From positions 75,146,001 to 75,210,000 of the forward strand of contig NC_045697.1 of assembly GCF_009834535.1 (NCBI RefSeq): 64,000 nucleotides of DNA. The letters are read 5' to 3'. Positions 39,034 to 50,404 of the stretch are shown here, piece after piece. Numbering within the stretch: position 1 is the first letter of the stretch; each line of letters opens with the position of its first letter. Position numbers and translations under genes: made by a program. The DNA is from Camelus ferus. Lineage: Eukaryota. The notes below the pieces were generated by a model. That model ran no database searches. It had not been told where the DNA came from and saw nothing but the letters and a program-made list of their open reading frames with translations.

Positions 39034-40990
39034 AAGCCCCGGCCTTGATAATTTACCATGTTTATGATGTTGTATCTTGACTTTCATAGACTGAAGGAGA
39101 ACAGTGAAAAGGAAAAGCAGATTAACAGTTGGACCGAGGGCAGGTATCAGTCAGGGTCCTGGCAGGAAGCAGATGGCAGGCAGAGACAGGTCACTGAGAA
39201 GAAATGGATGAAGTACTATTTGCAATGGTGTAGGCAGTGTTAGGAAGAAGCGACAAAGAGTACTGATATGCTCAGGGCTAGGATCAGCAAGTTAGCATCG
39301 CCACTCCTGAAGGAGTCATTGCTCAAACCTGGAGAGGAGTTGGAGGAAGGGTGCTCATCCCTGTCTGTGGCCTTTGGTGGAGGAATACCGCCACCACCAG
39401 ACGCCGCCACACCCACCAGACACCGCCACACCCACCAGACACCACCACACCCACCAGACACCGCCACACCCACCAGACACTGCCACATCATGTCAAGAGC
39501 CAAGAAGAGATTTACTCTGAGCCTTTTGTTCTCATTCCCAGATCTTCCTCAGTTGTCTCCCTCTGGCCAAACCCAACAAGCAGCTCGAGATATAAGGAGC
39601 GCACTGACCACAGTTGATATTGTTCAGTTTCCTGGGACATAGGAGGGCAAACGAAGACCATCCAGCACAGCCACGTACTTTTTTTTTTAAGTTGTTTCAA
39701 ATACTTTACAACCTTTAGTAATTATATAAATCCAATAAGCAATTAAAATCTTTCAAACTTAGGATATGGAAACCAGTTACAAACTAAAAGTTGTGGCTTA
39801 TTTTTAACTAGCAAATTGTGGTCATTATACAGAGTCATTAAACAAAATCTGAACTCGCAGTCAGCCTCATTTTCCTCTTTAAGGAGCCAACCATAGTGAA
39901 TGAATGAAAAAAACGAATGGATAGATGGCATCTGGAAAGCACTGTTTGTAATACAAGAAATCATCATTCCCCCAGAAGTGGACACATTCTCTAGGCCACG
40001 CTCGGCAAAGAAACAAGACATATAGCACTGTTTTAAAAGATTATATAAAAGAACTTGACTTACAAGTAAAGCACACTGGTCATAATTTGGACGAATCTCC
40101 ACCTTCACTTCCTCTGGCCCGCAGCTCAGTGACATTGGGAAGTTATTTTTTTCAGTTTGTATTTCCATTTCCCTGACAGGATGATTGAACATTTTTTCAA
40201 ATGTACACAAAGAGTGTTCTACACTTTTGCATCTTACTTATTACTGCAAATTACTTATGTTTAGTAATTCTGTGTGCTATCTAAATAGAGAGAATGTTTT
40301 GGTAAGCAGTATCGATGAGAGTACAAGTTCAGTGGAATCTTACACTGATTTTTTACAAATTGACAAGATGTTCAAAGAAATGACGGTTAATTTTCTGATT
40401 TGAATTCTGTTTCACAGCAGAATGTGAGATGGGCTGGGATGGCGATTCAATGGCAATTTTAGCTTGTTAGTCACACCAAAGCTGATTCCAGCCATATACT
40501 CTCCAGATCCTGCTTTGAAAACTCCCATTCCTGCTTTCCATTCTTGTTGGGAAATTTTGAGCTTTGATTTCGGTTGTCCTTTCAGTTGTCCACTTATCAA
40601 ATGATAAGAGTGTTTATTTGTAAGCTTTATAAACTGTTACATACCTATAAGCTGTTCTTGCTACCATTGTCCACAATACTAACTAGGCTGGTTGTCCCCT
40701 GAAAAGAAAGCAGCGGCTGGGAACATGTGCTGGGAGAGAAGGCTAGATTCTCTGGTTAGCCCTGACCCCAGCGCTGACTACTGTGCTTTCAGGGGTAAAA
40801 TAAGGCGATGTAGGAAAGGAAGGTAGACAGTGTTAGGAACATAAGTACATCCAGCTTCCAAGTATGTTTAGTGTTGTCTATTAACCACTTGTTAATAGTG
40901 TGCTGGCTTGGATACTGATTTTAGGAAAATTTGTATTATTTGCTAGCATTTAGAAAATGGAACGTTCTTACATAAAAATCTGGATTTCCA
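38891..40990. repeat. 143-bp inverted repeat pair (38891-39033 / 40848-40990)
   Basis: Manual alignment of the left arm with the reverse complement of the right arm: ungapped, 13 mismatches in 143 nt. Confidence 0.95.
39394..39487. repeat. Minisatellite, 19-bp unit CCACCAGACACCGCCACAC x ~5
   Basis: ccaccagac recurs with period 19 starting at 39394. Confidence 0.95.
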
Positions 40991-42063
40991 GATTCCCTTT
41001 GTAACTGCTTTCCATATCCTAAGTTGGAAAGATTTTAATTGCTTATTGGATTTATAAAATAAGGCAACTGCTTTAGGAAGTACTCAGCAAATCCTGGAGT
41101 GAAGAAGTGGGTATGAAAACCAGTCTTTAGCTCAGCTCTGATACTGCTGGGCTCTGTGACCCCGGTAATCCTAAAAGGAGTTGCTATTTCCAAATGGAGA
41201 CGGCACAGGCTAAGTGATAAGGGTTCACAGTCTGGCCTCAGAGTCACGGTTTCAAATCCTGGCTCCACTCCTCTTCGCTGTAGAGTAGTTGCTGGAAAGA
41301 ATGACATGAGATGCTGGAGGGGCATCACTAAGTCAGCACCCGGTCTGTGGTCAACATTCAAAAGAGACAGGAGTTACAAGCATGTTGTGATGAACAAAGT
41401 ATAGAAATACATTTGATGGCATTTCTGAGGCAAAGTAAAAAGTGCTATATAAATAGTAATGATTATCATCACTATTGTGTATGTATCCCAAGGGAGAGCC
41501 CTTATGAACATTCTTCTTTGCCAATAGACGATGAGGTAAGAGCTGGATTCTTGGTCAGATGACCTGAAGAATAAGAAAGGAATGTTGGACTAGCACAGTG
41601 CTCCTTTTGGATAGTCGCTAAATCATTGGTTTTTCTGTGAAGCCCCCACCCGTAACAGCCAGTTTTGACCCAATCCATCCTTCTCTTTAAGTACTCCCTT
41701 TGATTTGTTTCAAGGCTACCAAAACAAAAGATTTTCCAAGGGTCACATATCCCCTGCTCCCTGAACATTTGCTTGAATTGCCTCTGCCCTTCTGTCTCTT
41801 CCAGATGGCCGCTCTCTTCAGCCCCTCCCACTCTTAACACTGAGTAGGTTTTTTTCTAAGGTTGTTTTTCCCTGTTAAAGAACAGATACACATTCTCATC
41901 TGTAACCTTCAAACAGTGTTTTGAGTGACTTCATACTCATTTACGAAACAAATCCAAACTGTTTTCAAGGTGTTTTTACTGCTTTTATTTTAAAGAAAAT
42001 TTGTGCAGCATCCCCACATTTCTCCACAGTTAACACAGATTTTTTTCCTTACCATAAACTTTA

Positions 42064-42196
42064 TTTTTTTAATTGAAGTATAGTCAGTTACAATTCAATA
42101 TCTTGTAATAACCTTTAATGAAAAAGCATATGAAAACAAATGTATGTATATATATGCATGACTGGGACATGGTACTGTGTACCAGAAACTGACACA
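42064..42196. mobile_element. Tiny 5'-inverted L1 3'-end insertion
   Basis: 42064-42094 is the reverse complement of the L1 terminal ~25 nt plus poly(A). 42095-42196 is the immediately upstream 3'UTR segment in sense orientation (compare 57211-57340). Confidence 0.8.
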
Positions 42197-43128
42197 GCTA
42201 ACATTGATTTTTAACAGTCCCTCACTGAAGCCCATAGTGTTTTGGGGCATCTACTCCCCATAGAGAACTCGAGGTCCCTTGAAGTGTAAAAAGGGGTTTT
42301 GCTGTGCATTTCTCTGAGGCATTATAGAAAGCAGTATCACTATATTTGGATCTTAGAAAGTTTTAAGATGTGGACTTAAATAGCTTGCATATTGTTGTGA
42401 AATTTCCATAGACATTGCCCAGTAATATGGCACACTATTGGGCACAGAATAAATAGCTGTTGGAACAGACAAAAACACAGCTGTCAAGAGCCACAGGCAA
42501 GGTGGGGAAAGTAACGGAAGATAAAATGATCTCAATTTCAAAGTCTGCCTGAAAAGCTTAAGTAGGACTTAGAATATTTGACATGCACTAGCTGATCTGA
42601 TGTTCACCATCTGTTACTAGGCCCTGGAGGCTGACTGGCCATTAAACACAGAATGATGACTGGTGCAGCAGGTGCAGCGAAGTGGGAAGGTGTGGAGCAA
42701 ATAAAACAAGTCCATGGCATCTATAAGAAGTGTTGACCCCCAGGAAATTTAAAGGTTCATGCACTGTGGTATTCATGACGTATGTGTGAGAGGCATGATG
42801 GCAAGTGTTATTTCTCATGAAAGTACTTCAATTACTTGCATATTGTTATTTCTTTAGAATTCCCAGGTCCTACGCTATACAATTACTTAAGACTCAAAGA
42901 GACCTATGACTTGCTTTGACAGATTGTCCTTTAATGCAATGCATTGGCCCAGTGTCAATGGGAGTGTTGCCTGAGCTACACCCTTTGCTAAAATAATTTT
43001 CTAAACCTACTGCTGTGAGTCAACTGTTCTCTTCCCGTAAGTTTTCCTTGACACCCTTTGACATCTGCATCAAATTGAAGCTTCTTATTAGCACCTTTTA
43101 GGATTTCCAGCATTCCTCTTGATGCATC

Positions 43129-43937
43129 TTTTTTTTTTGTTGAAGTATAGTCAATTTATAATGTTGTGTTAATTTCTAGTGTACAATATAGTGATTCATT
43201 TATATGTATATATTTTCATATTTTTCCTTATACACTATTACAAAGTATTGAATATAGTTCCCTGTGCTACACAGTAGGACCTTGTTGTTTATCTATTTTA
43301 TATATAGTAGTTAGTATCTGCAAATCGCAAACTCCCAGTTTATCCCTCCCCATCCTCTTTCCCCCCTGTTAACCTAAGTTTGTTTTCTGTGTCTGTGAGT
43401 CTGTTTCTGTTTTATAAATAAGTTTGTGTCCTTTTCTTTTTGAGAATCCACATATAAGTGATACCATATGGTATTTTTTTTCTGTTTTACTTCACTTAGT
43501 ATGGTAATCTCCATGTCCATCCATGTTGCTGCAAATGGCATGATTTTATTCTTTTTTATGGCTGAGTAGTATTCCATTGTATAAATATACCGCAGCTTCT
43601 TTATCCAATCATCTGTCAGTGGACATTTAGGTTGTTTCCATGTCTTGGCTATTGTATACAGTGCTGCTATGAACATTAGGATGCATATAACTTTTTGAAT
43701 TAGAGTTCTTTCCAGATATATGCCCAGGAATGAGATTGGTACATCATATGGTAAGTCTATTTTCAGTCTTTTAAGGAATCTCCATACTGTTTTCCATAAT
43801 GGCTGCACCAAAGTACATTCCAACCAATAGTGTAGGAGAGTTCCTTTTACTCCACACCCTCTCCAGCATTTACCGTTTGTGGACTTTTTAATGATGGCCA
43901 TTCTGACTGGTGTGAGGTGATCCCTCATTGTAGTTTT
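43129..43937 (-). mobile_element. 5'-truncated LINE-1 (ORF2 C-terminus, 3'UTR, poly(A))
   Basis: ORF 43374..44000 contains [19 protein letters not shown]...FAATWMD; T-tract at 43129-43138. Confidence 0.93.
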
Positions 43938-43989
43938 ACTGCCTCTCTTTCTTATACTCTCACTTGAACTTCTCTCCTCAGTCTCTGTG

Positions 43990-45050
43990 CTCTGGCCCAT
44001 TTACTCCCTTTCCTTTATCTTCCTGACACCCCCTCATTCTTCCATTTGTCTGCAACTGCTTCCTTTGTGCAGCCAACAAGTCCTCTTTTTCGTTAATGCA
44101 GTCCCTTCTTTATATAATTCTTTCTTAAGTTTTTAATATGGCTGGCAAGAAGCTTACAGACGGCAATTTTCCTACGAGTTGTCAGTATTCTACTGAGGAC
44201 AGTCATTTCTTTATACATTAAATACAAGGGCACTGTACAGAAAAGTGGGGTTTTTTTAACCTTTCTTTTCTCATCAGTACTTTCTCTTTGTTCTTGATCC
44301 TCTTGTGAGCCTAAAGAGATTTTACTTTTGTCTCTCACAATCATCATGCAGTTCAGCAGCAGTCCAGTTGCCTCCACCTCCAGTGTGCCCTAAGTGCCTT
44401 ACCTCACCAGTCCAGGTCACCAGCTGTTCTTGCCTGGATGCCCTTGTCTCTTCTCTACACAGCAGCCTGGGGGGTCCTTTCAAAACAAGTCAGCTCATGC
44501 TACTCCCATGCTCAAAAGCTCTTGCCAGCTTCATGCATCTTTCAAAATAAATGCAGTTATGATGGTCATCAGGTTCCACACAGTCTGACCGAGCTCCTCC
44601 TCGGACCTCATCTGTCTCTCTCCCCCTACCCATTCCATCCCAGTCTCCTCCATCAGCTTCTTCCCGTCTTGTCAGAGTCTGCTCCTGCTCTTCCTGTGCC
44701 ACTGTTTCTCCACAACACCCCCTCATTTCATTCAGGTTTCTACTCATATTTGCTTCCTAAGATCTTTCCCGACTACTAAAATAGCACTACTTGTGTCCCT
44801 CTGTTCCTTTACCCTGCTTCAGTTTTCTTCGTAGGGCTCCCATCTGTCTCCTCTAGTATTTATGTAATTCTTATTTAGTTATTTTCTGCTTCCAAGCTAC
44901 AGCCCTAAAAAATAACAGGATGGTAAAAACAGTGAAAGGATGAACTTTATTGGTTTGGTTTTCTGCGTCTGCCCACTGTGCCTCCTACAAAGCTGCCCAG
45001 CACAATAGAAGTTTCTCTCTGCGAGTGTATGTTGAGTGAAAGAACGTTAA
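43990..45050 (+). mobile_element. L2 LINE remnant
   Basis: Pyrimidine-rich L2 motifs (ctctacacagcagcc, ccatgctcaaaa, tgcccagcacaatagaag...tgttgagtgaa). Confidence 0.6.
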
Positions 45051-47839
45051 GTGTTCTATGCCCCTGGACACCCTTTGCTAAAATAATTTTCAGAAGTAGC
45101 AAAGCAGTGGAGGCCTCATTGCCCAACCAAACCTATTCTCAATTAAGCACTGGTGATCTCTGAATATGCTGGGTGCAGAAGAAAGAAGCCACAAGGACGC
45201 TAACACGCTGGCGAATTCCTAAACTTGACCAGTTTTCACGAAAGCAGTAGTGCCACTCCCTCTCTAAAAGTGGATGGAATACACAGCCAGATTCTCCTCC
45301 TGCTCTGTTTTATGGTAAAATACAGTGCTGGAGCTAACGTCCGGGTGGGACATTTTTCCCAGGTGAGTTCCAGTACACAGGTCATGGGTTCCAGACAACT
45401 GATTTGGATTGGTTGACATTTTTAGCAAAGCAAAGACAAAGATTTTCTCCACCCATCTTCCTTCACTCAGATTCCAAGCACCTCTGCTGTGATTTTTTAC
45501 ACCACCACGTCCTAGACGTGTTCTTAGCACATTGCCTGAGATACCTGCTCTGTGAGCCACAGATGGGCTTATTTTCTAAATATGGTGACATTTTTGACTT
45601 AACCTTGTGTGCCCTAAAAATTTATTGGACTTCATTAAGAAGTCTTTCATTCCATTGAGATGCTGTCCTGGCTGTAGCTGTTGAAGGAGTCCCCCTTCAC
45701 CCAGGCATCAGGTACCCTTCTGACTGAGAGAGGAATATGGAATAAGGTTGAAATACTTTAGCCATTAACTTGAGGATTCTTGAATTTCAGTTTATTTGGA
45801 CTCCTTATTCGAAAGAGGAAGATAGCTAATATAGACAAATTTCTTTGGACTTCACCTTATCTTAACATGCAGGAGGATTTAAATTTTGTACTTTAATTTC
45901 TTCCAAGGATTTTTTTTTTAATGGAACAGGATTTATATTCAAAAGTGGGGCATCTCTATATTGTCAGAATTTTATGATTGAAGTGCTTTTATTATACATT
46001 TTATTATCAGGTACACATGTTATTTAATCTCACTGCAGAACCTCTGATTGGCTGTACTGGATAATACAATGGACATAATTTGGGATGGTAAGAAGAAAGA
46101 GGAGGTTTTCCTTTCCCTTTTCAGTCCTGAGTATAGTGTGGTCTTAGAGTCCATTGAATTAATGAACTATTTTTCTCCATTTTGCAATTGCTAGGGACAA
46201 AATCTAAATTGCTCACCACTGGTCCCAAGAAGATGCATAAAGGACTGATTGGCACTGGGGCAATGACCTCATCAGGTCCTGTTCTGGTCGGCAGCCGGTC
46301 AGATTTGGTCAAAATCCGTATCTTTACCATAGACAGATGGTTATGTATAATGGGCTAAGAATATAAAGATCTGGGGAATGAGGATCTGGGGTGGGGGGTT
46401 CCTCTTTTCTAATCCTTAATGTTAGTTTAATGTGGAGTGTATAATGATCTTTGTCTCACTCCTGCCCTCCCTCACTCCTTTCATGTGTTATGAATTACCC
46501 AGTTCTGGAATAATTCAAATGAGATTCTTGAATAAGAAATGCATAGTTCTGTCCTTTCCCCACCCTTCTTCTTTGGCCCTGCCTACCAGAAGAAAGTGTG
46601 TCCTTCTGTGCTGCCCATCCACACTCTTAAGTTGTACGGGGCAGCTCCAGCAGGTCACACTGACGTCTGGTGTTGTCTGAGAAGGGACTGTCTCTTTCTG
46701 GTGTCCTCTTGTCCACAGACGGACGCCACACTCTCCAGTATTAACTATCAGCCATGGGTTATTCTGTCATCTGTCCTTCTTTCTTAACCGTTTTCTCAAA
46801 TGGCCTGAATTTGGGGGAGCAGAAAAGTGTAATTGATAGTTTCCCCACTCAAATCCTAAGGCTATGATAAGGGTATTTTGTTTCTTGGCTAAAAAGGAGA
46901 TCAGGACAATTCATCACTTCTCAGAGCATCTCACTGAGCTCAGTGGAAAAGAAAAATATCAACCATATGAGTGTTATAATCTAAAAATACACTGTAGCTA
47001 GGAAATACAAATGTTCTCAATTTGACGAAATGGAGAGCTATTTAAGAATATACTTAAGTGACTAATTAGAATAATGTGGGGAATTATTTCAGCAGCACTG
47101 AGATATCTTGAACCCTGACCTCTAGCCATGGGACTGCTTTAGTTTCATTAAGCTGCCATACTGTACTTAAACATTCTGTGACACAGTAGAATGGATTATT
47201 TTCCACATTTCTAGCCCATTAACATCTCTAATACAACGTGGGCTCTTGCAGCCACTCCCGGTCTCATAATTGGTGAGTAATGTTGCTTAAACATTCCTTA
47301 CATCTTCGTGTTCAGGAAGCAGAGGAAAGACCTTCCTGGGAAGTAGATTTGAGTTCGCACAGGACCAGGTAACTTAGTCTGTAGTCATATCGGGATAAAG
47401 ATATTTTGTAGCATCTTTGTGCTATATAGGGGAATGAACCAATACCCTAAGCATGTTGCATCTCTATTTTGGGAAATTTTAACCTGGGAGAAGGTTATAG
47501 GAAATAGGCTAGGTGGCTTCAAGTGGTTTCTGGAGAGCCCTTGTTCTAAGTTGTTCCAGAAGGCAAAGTAAGAATAGACGGTTGGAAAGCACAAGCTAGA
47601 ATACTTTAGTTTAATGAAAAAATAACTTTCAGACAATTACAGCTGTCCTGCTGTGAAATAAGCACCTTCAGTAACAGTAAACTGCCTCGGAGCATCTCAT
47701 GGGGAGTCATCCAAAGGATTCCGGCTAAGCCTGCAAAAGCAGACCCAGTCCTGTTGAACTCAGAATCTATGATTCTATGAAAGTTTTTCCCATAAGCAAA
47801 ACACAAGGAAACTTGAATTCCATTTTTGGAGGAGAAAAA

Positions 47840-47845
47840 TTTAAT
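47840..47845 (-). terminator. Candidate DKK2 polyadenylation signal ATTAAA
   Basis: Plus-strand tttaat reads ATTAAA on minus. It is preceded by TGTA and followed ~30 nt later by the GU-rich tract TTCCTTGTGTTTTGCTT. Confidence 0.65.
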
Positions 47846-48047
47846 ATATTTTATCTTATTATACATCTCCCCTAAATTACAAAGTCAATAGCTGCAAATA
47901 TATTCTGCTACAAAGCTTTCTGTAAGAAATATCTCTATAAGAAAATACATCTCATTAACATTTCCTGTAAATAAATTACTTCAAATAATAATTTTTGAAG
48001 GGATGTACGTAAGGGAAATAATGCAGAAACCAGACTGTAAATGTAAT

Positions 48048-48055
48048 TGCTACAT
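48048..48055 (-). promoter_or_regulatory. miR-221/222 8mer seed match (ATGTAGCA) in DKK2 3'UTR
   Basis: Plus-strand tgctacat. Confidence 0.5.
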
Positions 48056-49626
48056 AGGAAATGTTTGACTGAAATGTTCCATTTTCATGTTGCCAAGCTC
48101 ATAGAAATCTGTACAGACTTTGGTTCTTGGATAGATTGTCTAATAATTTTTGTTTTAGCAGACATGTGGGGAAAATGTAAATCTTAATCATACTAGTAAA
48201 TGTGTGTGGGAAGCTGAAATTCTTAATAGACATGCAGGCTCAGGTTCAATTTCTACTGGGAGAACTTGAATTTGAGACTGCAAATGGGATTTAAGTAAAA
48301 GAAAATTAAGGAGTGACTTGCAGTCTATAAAAGAAAAGGTCAACAGTAACAACTATAAGATAACTTTTTGCATTATGCTGTAGACATAATATTTAGAACT
48401 GAGTAAAAGTAAAAAAAGTAATAAAATGGATTCAAATTTAGAACCTGTGGTTTCTATAGATTAGCAAAATGTAGGTTTTCTAGGTTATTCCGTCTATGTT
48501 TTTTAATCTCAATGACTGCAAAAAACAGAAACTGTATCTTTGGCAAAAAACAGCTCTTACAGAGAGAGGTCAGTGCAGAAGAATCAGGTGGTGTCATCTG
48601 CCAGTTAGAAGCTTACCGAGGGCGATGAAGCCTTTATCCCGCCTGCCTTGGAGTCCGTTTCATGAGACCTCCTCATGTTGAGATTTTAGGACCTCAAAAA
48701 TATAAAATAAATATTTTGAGGTCAAGTAGTGACCTCAGGCTGAACTCACCTGCGTAGTAAATACAGTGAAAGCAGATCCCATGGAAGAACTTCCATTTAG
48801 GTTGTGTGGCCTTGGGCTTCAGATATGAAAAGTCAGTTTGTCCTTCAGACATTTGAGCTGTGCGTTGCCAAAACCTCGACACTTGAGTTTTCTCCATTTC
48901 CCTGCAGGGCAGATGTAGCTCAAGTCTCTTGTATCAGCTTTACCCTCCTATACTGCAGAGCATGTAAAGAATAGAATAAAGGTCCAATTCTAGCAAGCAT
49001 AGGACATACCAAAGCTTAAAAAAAAATATGATCTGGTGGCTTTATTTACCACGTATCGTGGACATCTTAAAATCTTCGCAATCTGAAAATTCTGCTCTGT
49101 GCTGTTCACAATAATTTGGAAAATAAAAGCAGGAGTCATATAACCAACAGAGATGCAATTTAAACACTTTAGAATCTGAATGAACTCTTTTGGTCTGATT
49201 GATAAGACTCGTTCTTATTAATTATAAGTGAAATTAAATTTTGGAAAAATGTAAGCAGTGTGAGGAAAAACAAGTCTTTTTTTCTGAAGGCCGTGACAAA
49301 AGACCTGTGATGATTTTTAATTTGGGGGTATTGATTGCTTTTTTTCTCGTCTACCAAGGTCTTTGAGCAGTAGAAGTAGTGCAAATTAACTCTGCTCCAG
49401 CCTTTCACTTCCTATTTAACATATTTTAGAGTCTATTGTTTGTATGCCAGGGAATATTTTGTTAAATACCTTTAAATAGAAATTTTTTTAGGTTATTTTT
49501 ATAGGCATTACCAATCTGAAGGAAACTGATCCTTCGGGAAAACTCTTGGAAGGTTACATGGTATTTGTCAGTAATTTCACTCTGCCTTTTTTCCCCCAGT
49601 AATAGCATTTTCACAAATGTGTACAT

Positions 49627-49634
49627 TATTTACA
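49627..49634 (-). promoter_or_regulatory. Pumilio response element TGTAAATA in DKK2 3'UTR
   Basis: Plus-strand tatttaca matches the UGUANAUA consensus on the mRNA strand. Confidence 0.45.
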
Positions 49635-49804
49635 TAAACAAGCTGCATGATGGAAACACACTGATTGTACTACAGCTGTCACCCTTTCTAATCTGCTCCA
49701 TTCTCTTTCTGTGATCTATATTCTTATCACATTCCTCATTTTAGCCCTGTTTCTGAAATCCAAATCCTATTTTCCACCATGCTCTAATGCATTAAATACA
49801 CTGA

Positions 49805-49812
49805 TTCACAGT
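49805..49812 (-). promoter_or_regulatory. miR-27 family 8mer seed match (ACTGTGAA) in DKK2 3'UTR
   Basis: Plus-strand ttcacagt, ~30 nt after the stop codon. Confidence 0.5.
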
Positions 49813-49840
49813 CTGCTATGCTGCGTTTCCTCAGAGGTGC

Positions 49841-50091
49841 TCATATCTTCTGACACACGTGGAGTCTGGCTTTGGAAGAGTAGGTGGCATCTTTCCATAC
49901 TTTACAAGACAGGCCTTTTGCGCAGTCACACCGCTGGAAAATTTCCAGCCCATGAGAGCCCTTCTTGCGTTGCTTGGTACAGACTTCTCCCTGATGAAGC
50001 ACTGGTTTGCAGATTTTGGTCCAGAAGTGACGAGCACAGCAAAACCCTTCAATGCAGTCTGAGGATCGCAGGCAGGGGTCTCCTTCATGCC
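49841..50091 (-). CDS. DKK2: Dickkopf-2 terminal coding exon 4 (C-terminal cysteine-rich, LRP5/6-binding domain), 251 bp including TGA
   Basis: tgtag|GG CAT GAA GGA gives (G)HEGDPCLRSSDCIEGFCCARHFWTKICKPVLHQGEVCTKQRKKGSHGLEIFQRCDCAKGLSCKVWKDATYSSKARLHVCQKI*, matching ORF 49841..50152. Exons 2-4 total 558 nt = 185 codons plus stop. Confidence 0.98.
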
Positions 50092-50404
50092 CTACAGAGA
50101 TAATGACCAAAAGATAGTACTGTGACACTTTAGAAAAAATTCTAATTTGCAATCAGAAGCACATAAAATATTTTTACTTATACCATCTTCCATGTTGTCT
50201 TAGATTCATATCGATTGGGTCTACCTCTAATCACTTAAATCCATTATTGTCTATGTCCATTATTTGCTGTCTGAATAGCTAGGAGTGTGCTTCATTTCTC
50301 TTTACTTTGCCATGGTGTGCTTCTAGATACTTCTCTGATTATTTTGTTTGTTTGTTTTTACTAGGTGAATGAGTAACTAAAAAGAATTGCTTTTAAACTA
50401 ATTT

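Larger units (their letters stand above)
47820..49840 (-). other. DKK2: DKK2 3' UTR (~2 kb; 3' end approximate)
   Basis: AT-rich sequence without recognisable repeats that follows the stop codon and ends at a plausible poly(A) signal with a downstream GU/U-rich element. Confidence 0.75.

Noticed and set aside
39240..39642. Overlapping Pro/His/Thr-rich ORFs
   Set aside because: They arise from the 19-bp minisatellite within probable LTR-derived sequence.
43374..44000. 208-aa ORF, the longest in the track
   Set aside because: L1 ORF2 C-terminus fused by chance to flanking sequence; not a host gene.
50092..50152. N-terminal extension MQIRIFSKVSQYYLLVIISV of the exon 4 ORF
   Set aside because: Intronic read-through upstream of the AG acceptor; it starts at TTG, not ATG, and has no DKK2 homology.
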